Of a DNA stretch of 57,652 nucleotides, positions 1 through 9,468 are shown piece after piece; the stretch's first letter is position 1, and every line of letters begins with the position of its first letter. The translations under genes and the position numbers were made by a program. The stretch is from an uncultured Acidobacteriota bacterium. GTDB lineage: Bacteria > Acidobacteriota > UBA6911. The notes beneath the pieces were generated by a model that did no database searches, was not told where the DNA came from, and was given only the letters and a program-made list of their open reading frames with translations. The stretch is from the NCBI GenBank assembly GCA_964481255.1, contig CAYZTZ010000006.1, positions 1 through 57,652 on the forward strand, in the 5' to 3' direction.

Positions 1-15
1 ACCGCGAATCCGCGG

Positions 16-1173
16 TCACTCGAAATGGAGGCGGAAGCGCACAATTTCGGGACGGTTTCCCAGGCGCACTGGCGGGCCCCATGTCCCGGCTCCGGTGGAT
101 ACGTAAAAATGGGTGTCGCCGATATTCCTGTAGCCTTGCGGCAGCTCATAAATGGAATTGACGATATAGTTGAGCGGCCACAGCTGTCCCGCGTGCGTGT
201 GCCCGGAAATCTGAAGATCCACGCCTTCCGCGACGGCTTCCTCGAGCTCGAAGGGCTGGTGATCCATCAGGATGACGGGATAGCTCCTGTCCACCGCCGC
301 CATGAGCTCGCGCAGAGTTTTTCGACGGCTTTCGCTGAAGCGGGCCGACATCCGGTCCTCGCGGCCGACAAGATAGAGCGCGCCGCCGATTTTCACGCTT
401 TCGTCGCGCAGCATGGTGACGTTGTGCTCCGTCAGATAGGCGCAGGCCTCCCGCACTCCCCCGATGTACTCGTGATTGCCCGTAACGGCGTAAACTCCCA
501 GCCTGGACCGGATACTCCGGATCGATTCGCCCAGGTTCCGCTTGATCACGGGCGCGATGTCGGCGTCGACGACGTCTCCCGCAAGCAGGACGAGATCCGG
601 GTGCAGGCCGTTGATCTTGTCCACGATCTGACCGATGCGGGAGCGGCTCACGATCGTGCCGAGATGGATATCCGAAACAGCCACAATATCCAGGTTTTGT
701 ATATTGCCGGCCCTCTTGGCTATGGACAGGTCGATGGTCCGAATCCGCGGCGTCACCGCGTTGATGTATCCCGCCAGCAAAAGCAGAGCGACCGCCCCCG
801 TCACGGCGGCGAAAGCGATCTGTTTGGCCCGGCCGTAGTCGGCCGTCACGGCGGACGGGAAGAAAGGAAGGAAATGGTGGATAAGGCGCAGCAGGTCGAG
901 CGCCATGACGGCGATCAAAAAATACAGCATGGCGCCGATCCAAAACGATCCGATCCATGTAAGAAGGTTGGCCGGGATGGGAGGAAGGATGTTTTCCAGG
1001 ATCCGTCCTCCCATGAAGGACAAAGCAACGACCCAGAAGACGATCGAATACCCGTGCCGCAGGCCGGAATGGGCCGGAAGGGCCTGCAGGCCCCGGATAT
1101 AGATATAGAAATTGATCGCCGTCAGAATGGCGAAGAAAATTCCGAAAAAAAGAATCTGCATCGTCGGTCTCAT
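16..1173 (-). CDS. Membrane-anchored metallophosphoesterase (calcineurin-like, YkuE/YaeI type)
   Basis: N-terminal TM helices, then motifs SDIHLG, GDVVD, GNHEY, DHQP, GHTHAGQ. The start could be 1161. Confidence 0.9.
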   Translation of the reverse strand: MRPTMQILFFGIFFAILTAINFYIYIRGLQALPAHSGLRHGYSIVFWVVALSFMGGRILENILPPIPANLLTWIGSFWIGAMLYFLIAVMALDLLRLIHHFLPFFPSAVTADYGRAKQIAFAAVTGAVALLLLAGYINAVTPRIRTIDLSIAKRAGNIQNLDIVAVSDIHLGTIVSRSRIGQIVDKINGLHPDLVLLAGDVVDADIAPVIKRNLGESIRSIRSRLGVYAVTGNHEYIGGVREACAYLTEHNVTMLRDESVKIGGALYLVGREDRMSARFSESRRKTLRELMAAVDRSYPVILMDHQPFELEEAVAEGVDLQISGHTHAGQLWPLNYIVNSIYELPQGYRNIGDTHFYVSTGAGTWGPPVRLGNRPEIVRFRLHFE

Positions 1174-1276
1174 GGGGCAGAAGTCTACCGCAGACAGGTC
1201 CCGATTTCGGGAAAAATTGCGATGTCATGACGGCCTTGCCGGAAAGTGAAAGGCCGGATGCGCGGCCGGAGCCGGC

Positions 1277-1933
1277 TTAATCTCCGAAACGGATCACGAT
1301 CCCGAACGCCAGGGCGAGGTTGTTCATGGTCTCGCTCCAGTTTTTCGTCATGTAGTAATCCGCTTGAATGAAGCGCACGGCGAAATTCCTGCTTACGTTC
1401 CAGTCGAGGCCGCCGCCGAGCGCGAGCCCGAAACCGACATCGCTGTCCACATCCTGGCTGTCCGAGAAGCCCAGGGCGGAGGCTCTCGCGGAAATCTCCC
1501 CCCGGTCGATTCCGAACAGGGCGTGGGCGAAAGGCGTCACCGCTTCGTTTTGCCGGAACGCGATGCGCGGGCCTGCCAGAAACGCGAAATTCGAATATTC
1601 TGCGCCGACTCTGCCGCGGATTCCCTGAACGTCGAAGCTCCCGTCGAGAATATCGCCGGAATGCCGCCGGAAATCGGCCTCGATGCCCAGCATGTCCGTC
1701 AGGTTATAGGTCACCGAGCCGATCCATCCCTTGTTCAGAAACCTTTTCGTTTCGAAATTGCCCGATAGGCCGAGATTGTTGAATATGTCTTCCAAGCCTT
1801 CGGCCTGCTCTTCGGAATAGCCCAGCCTCTGGATCGCGTATCCGCCGAAGACTTCCACCTTGGGAATGTCCTGGGCCGACGCTATACAAGAAATAAGGAA
1901 TACCAAAAACAGGACGCCGATTGATTTTTTCAT
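1277..1933 (-). CDS. Outer membrane beta-barrel protein (acidobacterial-type porin/OmpA-like)
   Basis: Signal peptide ending IASA-Q, EVFGGY first strand, amphipathic strands (FLAGPRIAF, PFAHALFG, GGGLDW, IQADY), aromatic C-terminal strand; GGAG RBS. Confidence 0.8.
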   Translation of the reverse strand: MKKSIGVLFLVFLISCIASAQDIPKVEVFGGYAIQRLGYSEEQAEGLEDIFNNLGLSGNFETKRFLNKGWIGSVTYNLTDMLGIEADFRRHSGDILDGSFDVQGIRGRVGAEYSNFAFLAGPRIAFRQNEAVTPFAHALFGIDRGEISARASALGFSDSQDVDSDVGFGLALGGGLDWNVSRNFAVRFIQADYYMTKNWSETMNNLALAFGIVIRFGD

Positions 1934-2257
1934 GCGGTCTCCTCTTAAGGCCGTCTCGCCGGAAAACCGTTCTTGTTCCTAAAAGATGGCTTCATGCTAT
2001 CGGACTTCGCGGTCGCGTTCAACGACATTCGTGCGCTGGAAGCCGGCACCCTTTTCGATTTTGCAAGATCCTACAGCCGCGCGGACTCCGCGGCGGCGAT
2101 CCCTTCCGCGGCGACGGCCCGCCGGATCCCGCCTTTGGATAGGCCGCGCCGTTCGTCTTTCGCCTTGAACCGCGAGGGTGAATGACTTATAAAAGTCATC
2201 GGTCTTTGAATCCGGGCGCGCACGCCCGGAGGCCTGAATAGAGGGAGGAAAGCATTC

Positions 2258-3358
2258 ATGGCGCTTATCGATTTTGGAGGTGTCAAGGAAGAGGTTGTGA
2301 CCCGGAAGGAGTTTCCAATGCGCAAGGCGCGCAAGGTCCTCAAGGATGAGGTCATCGCCGTCATCGGATACGGGGTCCAGGGACCGGCGCAGGCCCTCAA
2401 CATGAAGGACAACGGCTTCAGGGTCATCGTCGGCCAGTCCAAACAATTCCGCCGGGACTGGGATCGGGCCCGGAAAGACGGCTGGGTGCCCGGCAAGGAC
2501 CTGTTCGACATCGCGGAAGCCTGCGAACGGGGCACCATCATCGAGATGCTCGTCTCCGACGCGGCGCAGAGGGCCATATGGCCCGTTGTGAAGCCGCGTC
2601 TTAAGCCCGGGGACGCCCTGTACTTTTCGCACGGTTTTTCGATCGTCTACAAGGATCAGACCAAAGTCATTCCGCCCGGGGATGTCGATGTCATCATGGT
2701 GGCCCCCAAGGGATCGGGCACGTCTCTGCGGCGCAACTTCCTCTCGGGAGCGGGAATCAACTCCAGTTTCGCCGTCGAGCAGGACGCCACCGGGCGCGCC
2801 CGCGAGCGTTGCATCGCGCTGGGCATCGCGATCGGGTCCGGATACCTGTTCCCCACGACCTTCAAAAAGGAAGTTTTCAGCGACCTGACGGGGGAGCGGG
2901 GCGTCCTCATGGGCGCGATCGCGGGGATCATGGAGGCCCAGTATGAAGTGCTCCGCAGGCACGGCCACAGCCCCAGCGAAGCGTTCAACGAGACGGTCGA
3001 GGAATTCACGGAAAGCCTGATATGTCTCGTCGGCGAAAACGGCATGGACTGGATGTACGCCAATTGTTCGGCCACCGCCCAGCGCGGCGCCCTCGACTGG
3101 AAGCCGAAATTCCGGAAGGCGGTGAAGCCCCTCTTTGAAACGCTTTACCGGAGGGTCGCGTCGGGCGAGGAAACGAAGAGGGTGCTGCAAAGCTGCGGCA
3201 AGCCCGATTATCAGCAGCAGCTTGCCAAGGAGCTTGCCGTCATGGCCAACTCCGAAATGTGGCTGGCGGGGAAGGCGACCCGGGCGTTGCGCCCGAAAGA
3301 GCCGGCGAAAAAATACATCGCGACCGCCAAGGGAACCTCAGGCCGGGCCGCCAATTAA
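2258..3358 (+). CDS. ilvC: Ketol-acid reductoisomerase (Bacteroidota/fungal Ilv5-like type)
   Basis: GYGVQG NADPH motif, YFSHGF, VAPKGSG, SDLTGERGVLMG, HSPSEAFNETVEE; GGAGG RBS. Confidence 0.95.
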   Translation: MALIDFGGVKEEVVTRKEFPMRKARKVLKDEVIAVIGYGVQGPAQALNMKDNGFRVIVGQSKQFRRDWDRARKDGWVPGKDLFDIAEACERGTIIEMLVSDAAQRAIWPVVKPRLKPGDALYFSHGFSIVYKDQTKVIPPGDVDVIMVAPKGSGTSLRRNFLSGAGINSSFAVEQDATGRARERCIALGIAIGSGYLFPTTFKKEVFSDLTGERGVLMGAIAGIMEAQYEVLRRHGHSPSEAFNETVEEFTESLICLVGENGMDWMYANCSATAQRGALDWKPKFRKAVKPLFETLYRRVASGEETKRVLQSCGKPDYQQQLAKELAVMANSEMWLAGKATRALRPKEPAKKYIATAKGTSGRAAN

Positions 3359-3430
3359 GGATCGGCGCCGATACGGACGCATAACGAAATTCTTTCCACG
3401 GGTCATCCCGGATGACCGAAGGAGGGCATC

Positions 3431-3640
3431 ATGAAGACTGGAGCGAGGAACGCCTTCAAGGCCAAAGTGACATCCATTAAAAGCGACGAGATCATGTCGC
3501 TCGTAAAATTCGAGGTCAAGGCCCCGGGCCAGATGGCTTCCGTTCTGACCACGGAATCCGTAAAAGACATGAAATTGAAGGTCGGCGACAGGGTCACTCT
3601 GGTCGTCAAAGCCATCCATGTCCTCCCCGTGAAGGATTAG
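3431..3640 (+). CDS. TOBE/Mop molybdate-tungstate-binding domain protein
   Basis: GARN-x-F-x-A-x-V start, SVLTTESVKDMKLKVGD, VKAIHV; AAGGAGG RBS. Confidence 0.85.
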   Translation: MKTGARNAFKAKVTSIKSDEIMSLVKFEVKAPGQMASVLTTESVKDMKLKVGDRVTLVVKAIHVLPVKD

Positions 3641-3645
3641 GCGGC

Positions 3646-4017
3646 ATGGATGTATCGGAAACGGAAGCGTTGAAGGCCGGCGCCTCCACCGTGATTCTGA
3701 TCCACAGCGACGGCATGGGGTCCGCGGAGGAAGCTTTGCGGCATAAGCTGCTGCGGAGCTACCTGACGCTGCTTCGTGAAAACGGATTTTACCCCGACAC
3801 GATATGTTTTTATGCCGAAGGGATCAAAATGGCGGTGGAGGGATCTCCCGTTCTCGATATATTGCAGGACATGGAGTCCGCCGGCGTGCGCCTGATCGTG
3901 TGCGGCACATGCCTGCAGTATTTCGGGCTGAAGGACCAGCTCGCCGTGGGAATTGTCGGCGGAATGAACGACATCATCCGCGCCCAGTGGACGGCCCGGA
4001 AAGTGATAACGCTGTAG
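3646..4017 (+). CDS. Stand-alone DsrE-like domain of the YedF-type sulfur/selenium relay family
   Basis: SDGMG, FYAEGIKMAVEGS, CGTCLQYFGLKD and VITL terminus match the C-terminal domain of YedF-like proteins; no N-terminal TusA/SirA domain. Confidence 0.75.
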   Translation: MDVSETEALKAGASTVILIHSDGMGSAEEALRHKLLRSYLTLLRENGFYPDTICFYAEGIKMAVEGSPVLDILQDMESAGVRLIVCGTCLQYFGLKDQLAVGIVGGMNDIIRAQWTARKVITL

Positions 4018-4028
4018 AGATTCGAATC

Positions 4029-4078
4029 GAACCGCAGAGACCCTGAGGACCTTCAGGAAAACGGACGCTTCGCGGTTC
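4029..4078. repeat. REP-like palindrome (AACCGC...GCGGTT family)
   Basis: GAACCGC 4029-4035 pairs with GCGGTTC 4072-4078; internal CCTGA/TCAGG hairpin. Confidence 0.6.
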
Positions 4079-4135
4079 ATTGGGAATTTTCAGGAGATGG
4101 AGCGCCGGAGCAAGGCCGCGGTTATCGAGTGTCCC

Positions 4136-5098
4136 ATGACAAACGATCTGTATCAGACTCCCTATAATTTCCTGGGCCTCCCGGAGGACATTGCGGATCC
4201 CGCGCGCGCCCGTGGTTGGCTCCTGCCGGTTCCGTTTGAGTCCACGACTTCCTACGGAGCGGGGACCAGGGAAGGGCCCGCGGCGATTCTGGCCGCGTCG
4301 CGACAGGTCGAGCTCTATGATCACGAGTTCGGAACCGAGCCGGCCATGGGTTACGGCATTCATACCACGCTTCCTTTGAACCCCGTGCATCATTCCCCGG
4401 AAGCCATGGTCCGGGCCGTGGAGGACGCGGTCGCCGCTATTCTTTCCGGCAGGCCGCGGCCCGAGGTGCTGGGAGTGCTCGGCGGCGAGCATTCGATCTC
4501 CGCGGGGGTGGCGCGGGGGCTGGCGCGCGCGCGGACCGGCGATCGTCTGGTCGCCGTTCACGTGGACGCCCACGCCGACCTGAGGGAGGAGTATGAGGGC
4601 TCCCCCTACAGTCACGCCTGCGCGGCCAGGCGGATCGTGGATGTCTGCCCCGTTTTTCAAATCGGGATTCGCAACCTTTCAAAAGAAGAGGCCTCTTTTC
4701 TGCGGGACTGCCCGAGGGTGCGAACGGCATACGGCGAAGAGGCGGCCTCCCCCGGGGGCCGCTTCTTGAGCGATCTGGCCCGTTTCGTGAGAGGCAAAAG
4801 GGTCTTTCTCACCGTCGATCTGGACGGCCTGGACCCGTCGATCATGCCGGCCGTGGGAACGCCGGAACCGGGCGGGATCTCCTGGGAGAGGATGCTCGAA
4901 ATAGCGCGCACCGTCGGCCGGAACGCGGCGGAGGTGCCTGTTTTCGACGTCGTGGAACTGGCTCCGATAGCGGGCTTCCGGGCGCCGGATTTTCTCGCGG
5001 CCAGGCTTGTATACAAGCTTTTCTCCTATCTGCTGGCTAAAGGGCCGAAAGCGGGCCGAACAAGGAGGGGCAGGCATGGGCGACGTCAAGCTACCTAG
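4136..5098 (+). CDS. speB: Agmatinase / ureohydrolase
   Basis: GGEHSIS, DAHADLR, SHAC, DLDGLDP, GTPEPGG, VELAP motifs. The ORF is open from 4097. Confidence 0.92.
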   Translation: MTNDLYQTPYNFLGLPEDIADPARARGWLLPVPFESTTSYGAGTREGPAAILAASRQVELYDHEFGTEPAMGYGIHTTLPLNPVHHSPEAMVRAVEDAVAAILSGRPRPEVLGVLGGEHSISAGVARGLARARTGDRLVAVHVDAHADLREEYEGSPYSHACAARRIVDVCPVFQIGIRNLSKEEASFLRDCPRVRTAYGEEAASPGGRFLSDLARFVRGKRVFLTVDLDGLDPSIMPAVGTPEPGGISWERMLEIARTVGRNAAEVPVFDVVELAPIAGFRAPDFLAARLVYKLFSYLLAKGPKAGRTRRGRHGRRQAT

Positions 5099-6233
5099 GA
5101 GGTTTGTAAGCCGGTATCCGCATAAATTCGCCAGGGGGAAGCGTCAGTTTCTGCGCGGCAAACGCATTCTGCCGAAGCCGATCACCGGACGGGAATCCCT
5201 TCCGGACCTGATCGACGACGCGTTTCTCGCCTATAACGCGGCCCGGCTCCAGGAGGCCTGCCGCCTGTTCACGGAGAGAATGCTTCAGCCCAACGTCACC
5301 GTCGGAATGAGCCTGGCGGGCGCTCTGACCCCCGCCGGACTGGGATCCGCCGTCATCGTCCCCCTTATCAACGCGGGCTTCGTGGACTGGATCGTCTCCA
5401 CCGGCGCCAACCTCTACCACGACATGCATCACGCCATGAACATGCCGCTGTACCGCGGCTCCCCCTTCTCCCCGGATCCGGAACTTCGAAGACTGGGCGT
5501 CGTCCGCATCTACGATATTCTGCTCGACTACAACGACGTTCTGATGGCCACGGATCACGTCCTGAGACAGGTGCTGATGCAGCCCGAGTTCCAGCGCGAG
5601 ATGGGCACCGCCGAGCTCCACTACTTTCTGGGAAAATACTGTGCGGAATTCGAAAGACAGACCGGCCGGAGGAACGTGTCCGTTCTGGCCGCCGCCTATC
5701 GCGCCGGCGTCCCCTGCTTCTGCCCATCGCCGGGGGATTCGACCATCGGCATGAATATCGCCGGTCTGGAGCTTCGCGGAAACAAGCTCCGCATCAATTC
5801 GTCGCGCGACGTGAATGAGTCCACCGGCATCGTGCTCGCCGCCAAACGCGCCGGTCATAAGACGGGGACGCTCCTCATCGGCGGCGGATCGCCCAAGAAT
5901 TTCACACTGCAGACCGAGCCGCAGATTCAGGAGGTGCTTCGCGTCAAGGAAGAGGGCCACGATTACTTCATCCAGTTCACCGACGCGCGGCCCGACACCG
6001 GCGGGCTCTCCGGAGCCACGCCCCATGAAGCCATCACCTGGGGCAAGGTGGATCCCACGAGGCTCCCCGACGCCGTCGTCTGCTACGTGGATTCGACGGT
6101 GGCGTTCCCCCTGCTGGCGCACTACGCCCTGTCGCGCCATAGGCCCCGAAAGCACAAACGACTGTACGACAAGCTCCCCGCGATCATGAAGCTGGTCACG
6201 GACGAGTATTGGAAACACAATAAGCGGCTCTAA
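5076..6233 (+). CDS. speY: Deoxyhypusine synthase-like protein, SpeY type (homospermidine synthesis)
   Basis: [31 protein letters not shown] and EAITWGKV (catalytic Lys retained); closely resembles cyanobacterial SpeY; AAGGAGG RBS before ATG 5076. Confidence 0.85.
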   Translation: MGDVKLPRRFVSRYPHKFARGKRQFLRGKRILPKPITGRESLPDLIDDAFLAYNAARLQEACRLFTERMLQPNVTVGMSLAGALTPAGLGSAVIVPLINAGFVDWIVSTGANLYHDMHHAMNMPLYRGSPFSPDPELRRLGVVRIYDILLDYNDVLMATDHVLRQVLMQPEFQREMGTAELHYFLGKYCAEFERQTGRRNVSVLAAAYRAGVPCFCPSPGDSTIGMNIAGLELRGNKLRINSSRDVNESTGIVLAAKRAGHKTGTLLIGGGSPKNFTLQTEPQIQEVLRVKEEGHDYFIQFTDARPDTGGLSGATPHEAITWGKVDPTRLPDAVVCYVDSTVAFPLLAHYALSRHRPRKHKRLYDKLPAIMKLVTDEYWKHNKRL

Positions 6234-6305
6234 CGAACGGCGGGCGGCGAATCCCGGGCCGCGGGTTCAGCAGGCCCTTAACGCGTTGACGCAACGTGGA
6301 AACCC

Positions 6306-7442
6306 ATGGGTAAGACCTCCCTCCTGAAGGAATTGGCGAAGCAGCACGGGACGCCCCTGTTTGTCGTGGATCACGATGTGATTCGCGCCAACTACGCGGC
6401 GTTCCGGAGATACCTGCCCCGCGTGCAGGCCTATTACGCCGTCAAGGCCAATCCCGATCCCGCCATCGTCCGGACGCTTTACCGCATCGGCGCGAGTTTC
6501 GACGTGGCTTCCATCGCCGAGTTCAGGCTGGTATACGAAAACATCAGGCGTCTGCCCGCCGAAGAGCGCCAGAATTTCATCTGGGACAAGATCGTCTACG
6601 CCAATCCGATCAAGGACACGCGCACGCTGGAGGAGCTGGATGCCTATAAGCCTCTGGTGGCCTTCGACAACAGGGAAGAGATAAAAAAGATCCGCAGACA
6701 CGCGCCCCACGCGGGGCTGGTGCTGCGCATCAGGGTCCCCAACACGGGATCGATGGTGGAGCTGTCCAGCAAATTCGGCGCCTCCCCCGGCGAGGCGGCG
6801 GACCTTATGGCCGCGGCTTTTGATTCCGGCCTGGTCGTCGAAGGGCTGGGATTCCACGTGGGCAGCCAGTGCACGAATTTTGAAAATTACGTGCAGGCGC
6901 TGTCCACCTCGGCGTCCGTCGCGGAGGAGGCCGCGTCGCGCGGATTCGCCATGAAGCTGCTTGATATCGGGGGCGGGTTCCCCGCGCGTTACGACCGCCA
7001 TGTGCGGCCTTTCCGGGAGCTGGCGGCCATCCTGCGCGCGGAATTGGACCGGCTCTTTCCGAAGACCATGGAGATTCTGGCCGAGCCCGGCAGGTTTATG
7101 GTGGCCACGGCGGCGACCCTGGTCGCGGAAGTCATCGGCAAGTCCGAGCGCGACGGCAAGCGCTGCTACTACCTGAACGACGGGATCTATCACACGTTTT
7201 CAGGCATCCTGTTCGACCACTGCCAGTATCCGGTGAAGGCCTTCAAGAGAGGTCCCAAAAAAATCTCGGCCGTCTTCGGGCCCACGTGCGACGCCCTGGA
7301 CACCATTTCCCAGGCAGAGTCGCTTCCGGAGCTGAAGCTGGGCGACCTTGTCTACAGCGAAAACATCGGTGCTTACAGCCACGCCTCTTCCACCTGCTTC
7401 AACGGATTTCCTCCCGCCAAGGTCGTTCATATCAACCAGTGA
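6306..7442 (+). CDS. PLP-dependent fold-type III ornithine (Orn/Lys/Arg) decarboxylase
   Basis: YAVKANP, FDVAS, KFG, FHVGSQ, DIGGGF, EPGR, GPTCDALD. Confidence 0.92.
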   Translation: MGKTSLLKELAKQHGTPLFVVDHDVIRANYAAFRRYLPRVQAYYAVKANPDPAIVRTLYRIGASFDVASIAEFRLVYENIRRLPAEERQNFIWDKIVYANPIKDTRTLEELDAYKPLVAFDNREEIKKIRRHAPHAGLVLRIRVPNTGSMVELSSKFGASPGEAADLMAAAFDSGLVVEGLGFHVGSQCTNFENYVQALSTSASVAEEAASRGFAMKLLDIGGGFPARYDRHVRPFRELAAILRAELDRLFPKTMEILAEPGRFMVATAATLVAEVIGKSERDGKRCYYLNDGIYHTFSGILFDHCQYPVKAFKRGPKKISAVFGPTCDALDTISQAESLPELKLGDLVYSENIGAYSHASSTCFNGFPPAKVVHINQ

Positions 7443-7476
7443 CAGTGAAAGAAAGCTTGGAAGGGCTTCCAGCGGA

Positions 7477-7524
7477 AACCGCGAAGACCGCCGGAAAGAG
7501 AAATCCTCTGCGGTCTTCGGGGTT
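7477..7524. terminator. 15-bp hairpin between convergent ODC and serC; likely bidirectional terminator and member of the AACCGC palindrome family
   Basis: AACCGCGAAGACCGC / GCGGTCTTCGGGGTT. Confidence 0.65.
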
Positions 7525-7559
7525 GAAGAAGAGGCGTCCAGTTCCGCCCGGCCGGATCG

Positions 7560-8639
7560 TCATCCGTTTTTTCGCTCGAACTCTTTCATGAAGGAGACGA
7601 GGGCGTCGACGGCTTCCAGGGGAACGGCGTTGTAGAGGCTTGCGCGGATGCCGCCGACCGATCGATGCCCTTTCAATCCGATCAACCCCTCCTTCTTCGC
7701 CTGCGCGACGAACTGCTCCTCCAGAGCCTCGCTCGGCAGCCGCCAGACGACGTTCATGATGGATCGGCTCTCTTTTTCGACCGGCGAGCGCCAGAAGGCG
7801 CTCGCGTCGATCGCGCCGTAGAGCCGCGCGGCCTTTTCCTCGTTGATCTTCTGAATCCACGGCACGCCGCCGCGCGATTCCATGTATTCGCAGATGAGTT
7901 TGAGCAGGTAGATGCCCCAGGTGTTTGGCGTGTTGTACATGCTCCGGTCGGCGATGTGCGTCGTATAGCGCAGAAATATCGGGGTATTCCGGGGGGCGCG
8001 TTCCGCCAGATCCTTGCGCAGGACGACAAGGGCGAGCCCGGAGGGGCCGAGATTTTTTTGCGCGCCGGCGTAAATGAGGCCGAAACGGGTCACGTCGACT
8101 TCCCGCGACAGGATCTCGCTCGACATATCCGCCACAAGCGGGGCCTGCGTTTCGGGAAACCGCGCCCAGCGTATCCCCCCGATGGTTTCGTTGGTGCAGA
8201 TGTGCACATACTCCGCGTCGGGAAGAAGCCTGAGCTCGCCGGTTTTGGGGACCCGCGTATAGCCTTCCTCCTTGCCGCTCCAAGCGAGGTTCGCAGAGCC
8301 GGTGATTCCCGCTTCCCTGTATGCCTTGGAGGCCCAGCTCCCCGTGTCCACGTAGTCCGCGCTTTTTTCCGGGCGGCGCAGGTTCATCGGGACCATGGCG
8401 AACTGAAGGCTCGCCCCGCCCTGCAGGAAGAGAACCGCGTAGTCCTCCGGGATGTGCATAAGGCGCCGTATGCCGGCCTCCGCCTCGTCGGCGATGGCCT
8501 GGAATTCCCTGGATCGATGGGACATTTCCATGACGGACATCCCGGATCCCGCGATGTCCAGAAGTTCCGATTGGGCCTTTTCAAGCACGGGCAGGGGCAT
8601 CGCGGCCGGTCCCGCATTGAAGTTGTGAACACGCGCCAT
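7560..8639 (-). CDS. serC: Phosphoserine aminotransferase
   Basis: HNFNAGPA, SVMEMSHRS, DMSS, YAGAQKNLGPSG, NTP, GHRSVGGIRASLYNA. Confidence 0.97.
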   Translation of the reverse strand: MARVHNFNAGPAAMPLPVLEKAQSELLDIAGSGMSVMEMSHRSREFQAIADEAEAGIRRLMHIPEDYAVLFLQGGASLQFAMVPMNLRRPEKSADYVDTGSWASKAYREAGITGSANLAWSGKEEGYTRVPKTGELRLLPDAEYVHICTNETIGGIRWARFPETQAPLVADMSSEILSREVDVTRFGLIYAGAQKNLGPSGLALVVLRKDLAERAPRNTPIFLRYTTHIADRSMYNTPNTWGIYLLKLICEYMESRGGVPWIQKINEEKAARLYGAIDASAFWRSPVEKESRSIMNVVWRLPSEALEEQFVAQAKKEGLIGLKGHRSVGGIRASLYNAVPLEAVDALVSFMKEFERKNG

Positions 8640-8744
8640 AGACTCGCTCCTTGAAAAATCCGCGCTATCTTACTCCATTTCCGCGAAAACGCAAAACCGC
8701 CCGGAGCACCCCGCGTTTGGGCGTTCTAACAACCCGCGGGACTA

Positions 8745-8753
8745 TGTTAGAAT
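8745..8753 (+). promoter_or_regulatory. Extended -10 promoter candidate for the molybdoenzyme operon
   Basis: TGTTAGAAT (TGn-TAGAAT) about 80 nt upstream of ATG 8836. Confidence 0.45.
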
Positions 8754-8835
8754 CCTCTCACGCCGGAGAGGGGAGGTCGTTCCTTTCGTTGTGCACTGCC
8801 GCACATCGGCCGGCAAACCCCAGGGAGGATTTCGT

Positions 8836-9468
8836 ATGCCAGAGGATCCAAAAGACGAAACGCCGGATTTCAGTCCGGGAATCAGCCGCAGGGGATTCCT
8901 GAGTTCGGTGGGCGCGGGCGCCGTCGTCGCGGCCACGCTCAAGGGAGCTCCGACGGCGCCCGCACAGGAGATCGACGCGGACGCCCATGCCGTCACGGTT
9001 CATCTTAATATCAACGGCTCCGTGCGGAAGGTCCTTGTCGAGCCGCGCTGGACGCTGCTTTATGTGCTGCGCGAGGTTCTCGGGCTCACGGGGACCAAGG
9101 TCGGCTGCGAGCGCGGCGAATGCGGGGCCTGTACGGTGCTGATCGACGGGAAGCCGCGTTATTCCTGCATGACTCTCGCCGTCGAGGCCGAAGGCCGCGT
9201 GATTACGACCATCGAGGGCCTGCTGGAAGGAGACAAGCTCGGCCCCGTGCAACAGGCTTTCGCGGAAGAGGACGCGTTTCAGTGTGGATATTGCACCCCG
9301 GGACAGATCATGGCGGTCGAGGGCCTCTTGCGCCGCAACCCCAATCCAACGCTGGATCAGATCCGTGTCGGAGTCAGCGGAAACCTCTGTCGCTGCGGTG
9401 CCTATAAAAACATTTTCAGAGCCGCCGCAAGGGCGTCGGAGCTGCGCAGGCAGAAGGGAGGTGCGTGA
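8836..9468 (+). CDS. Xanthine dehydrogenase-family (2Fe-2S) subunit with Tat signal (PaoA/YagT-like)
   Basis: SRRGFL twin-arginine motif; GCERGECGAC...C and QCGYC...CRC clusters; GGAGG RBS. Confidence 0.93.
   Translation: MPEDPKDETPDFSPGISRRGFLSSVGAGAVVAATLKGAPTAPAQEIDADAHAVTVHLNINGSVRKVLVEPRWTLLYVLREVLGLTGTKVGCERGECGACTVLIDGKPRYSCMTLAVEAEGRVITTIEGLLEGDKLGPVQQAFAEEDAFQCGYCTPGQIMAVEGLLRRNPNPTLDQIRVGVSGNLCRCGAYKNIFRAAARASELRRQKGGA

Noticed and set aside
1973-2257. Possible ilvC attenuator or leader peptide; 70-aa ORF at 1973-2185
   Set aside because: No Ile/Leu/Val codon run or terminator-antiterminator pair is seen, and the ORF has no RBS or family motif.
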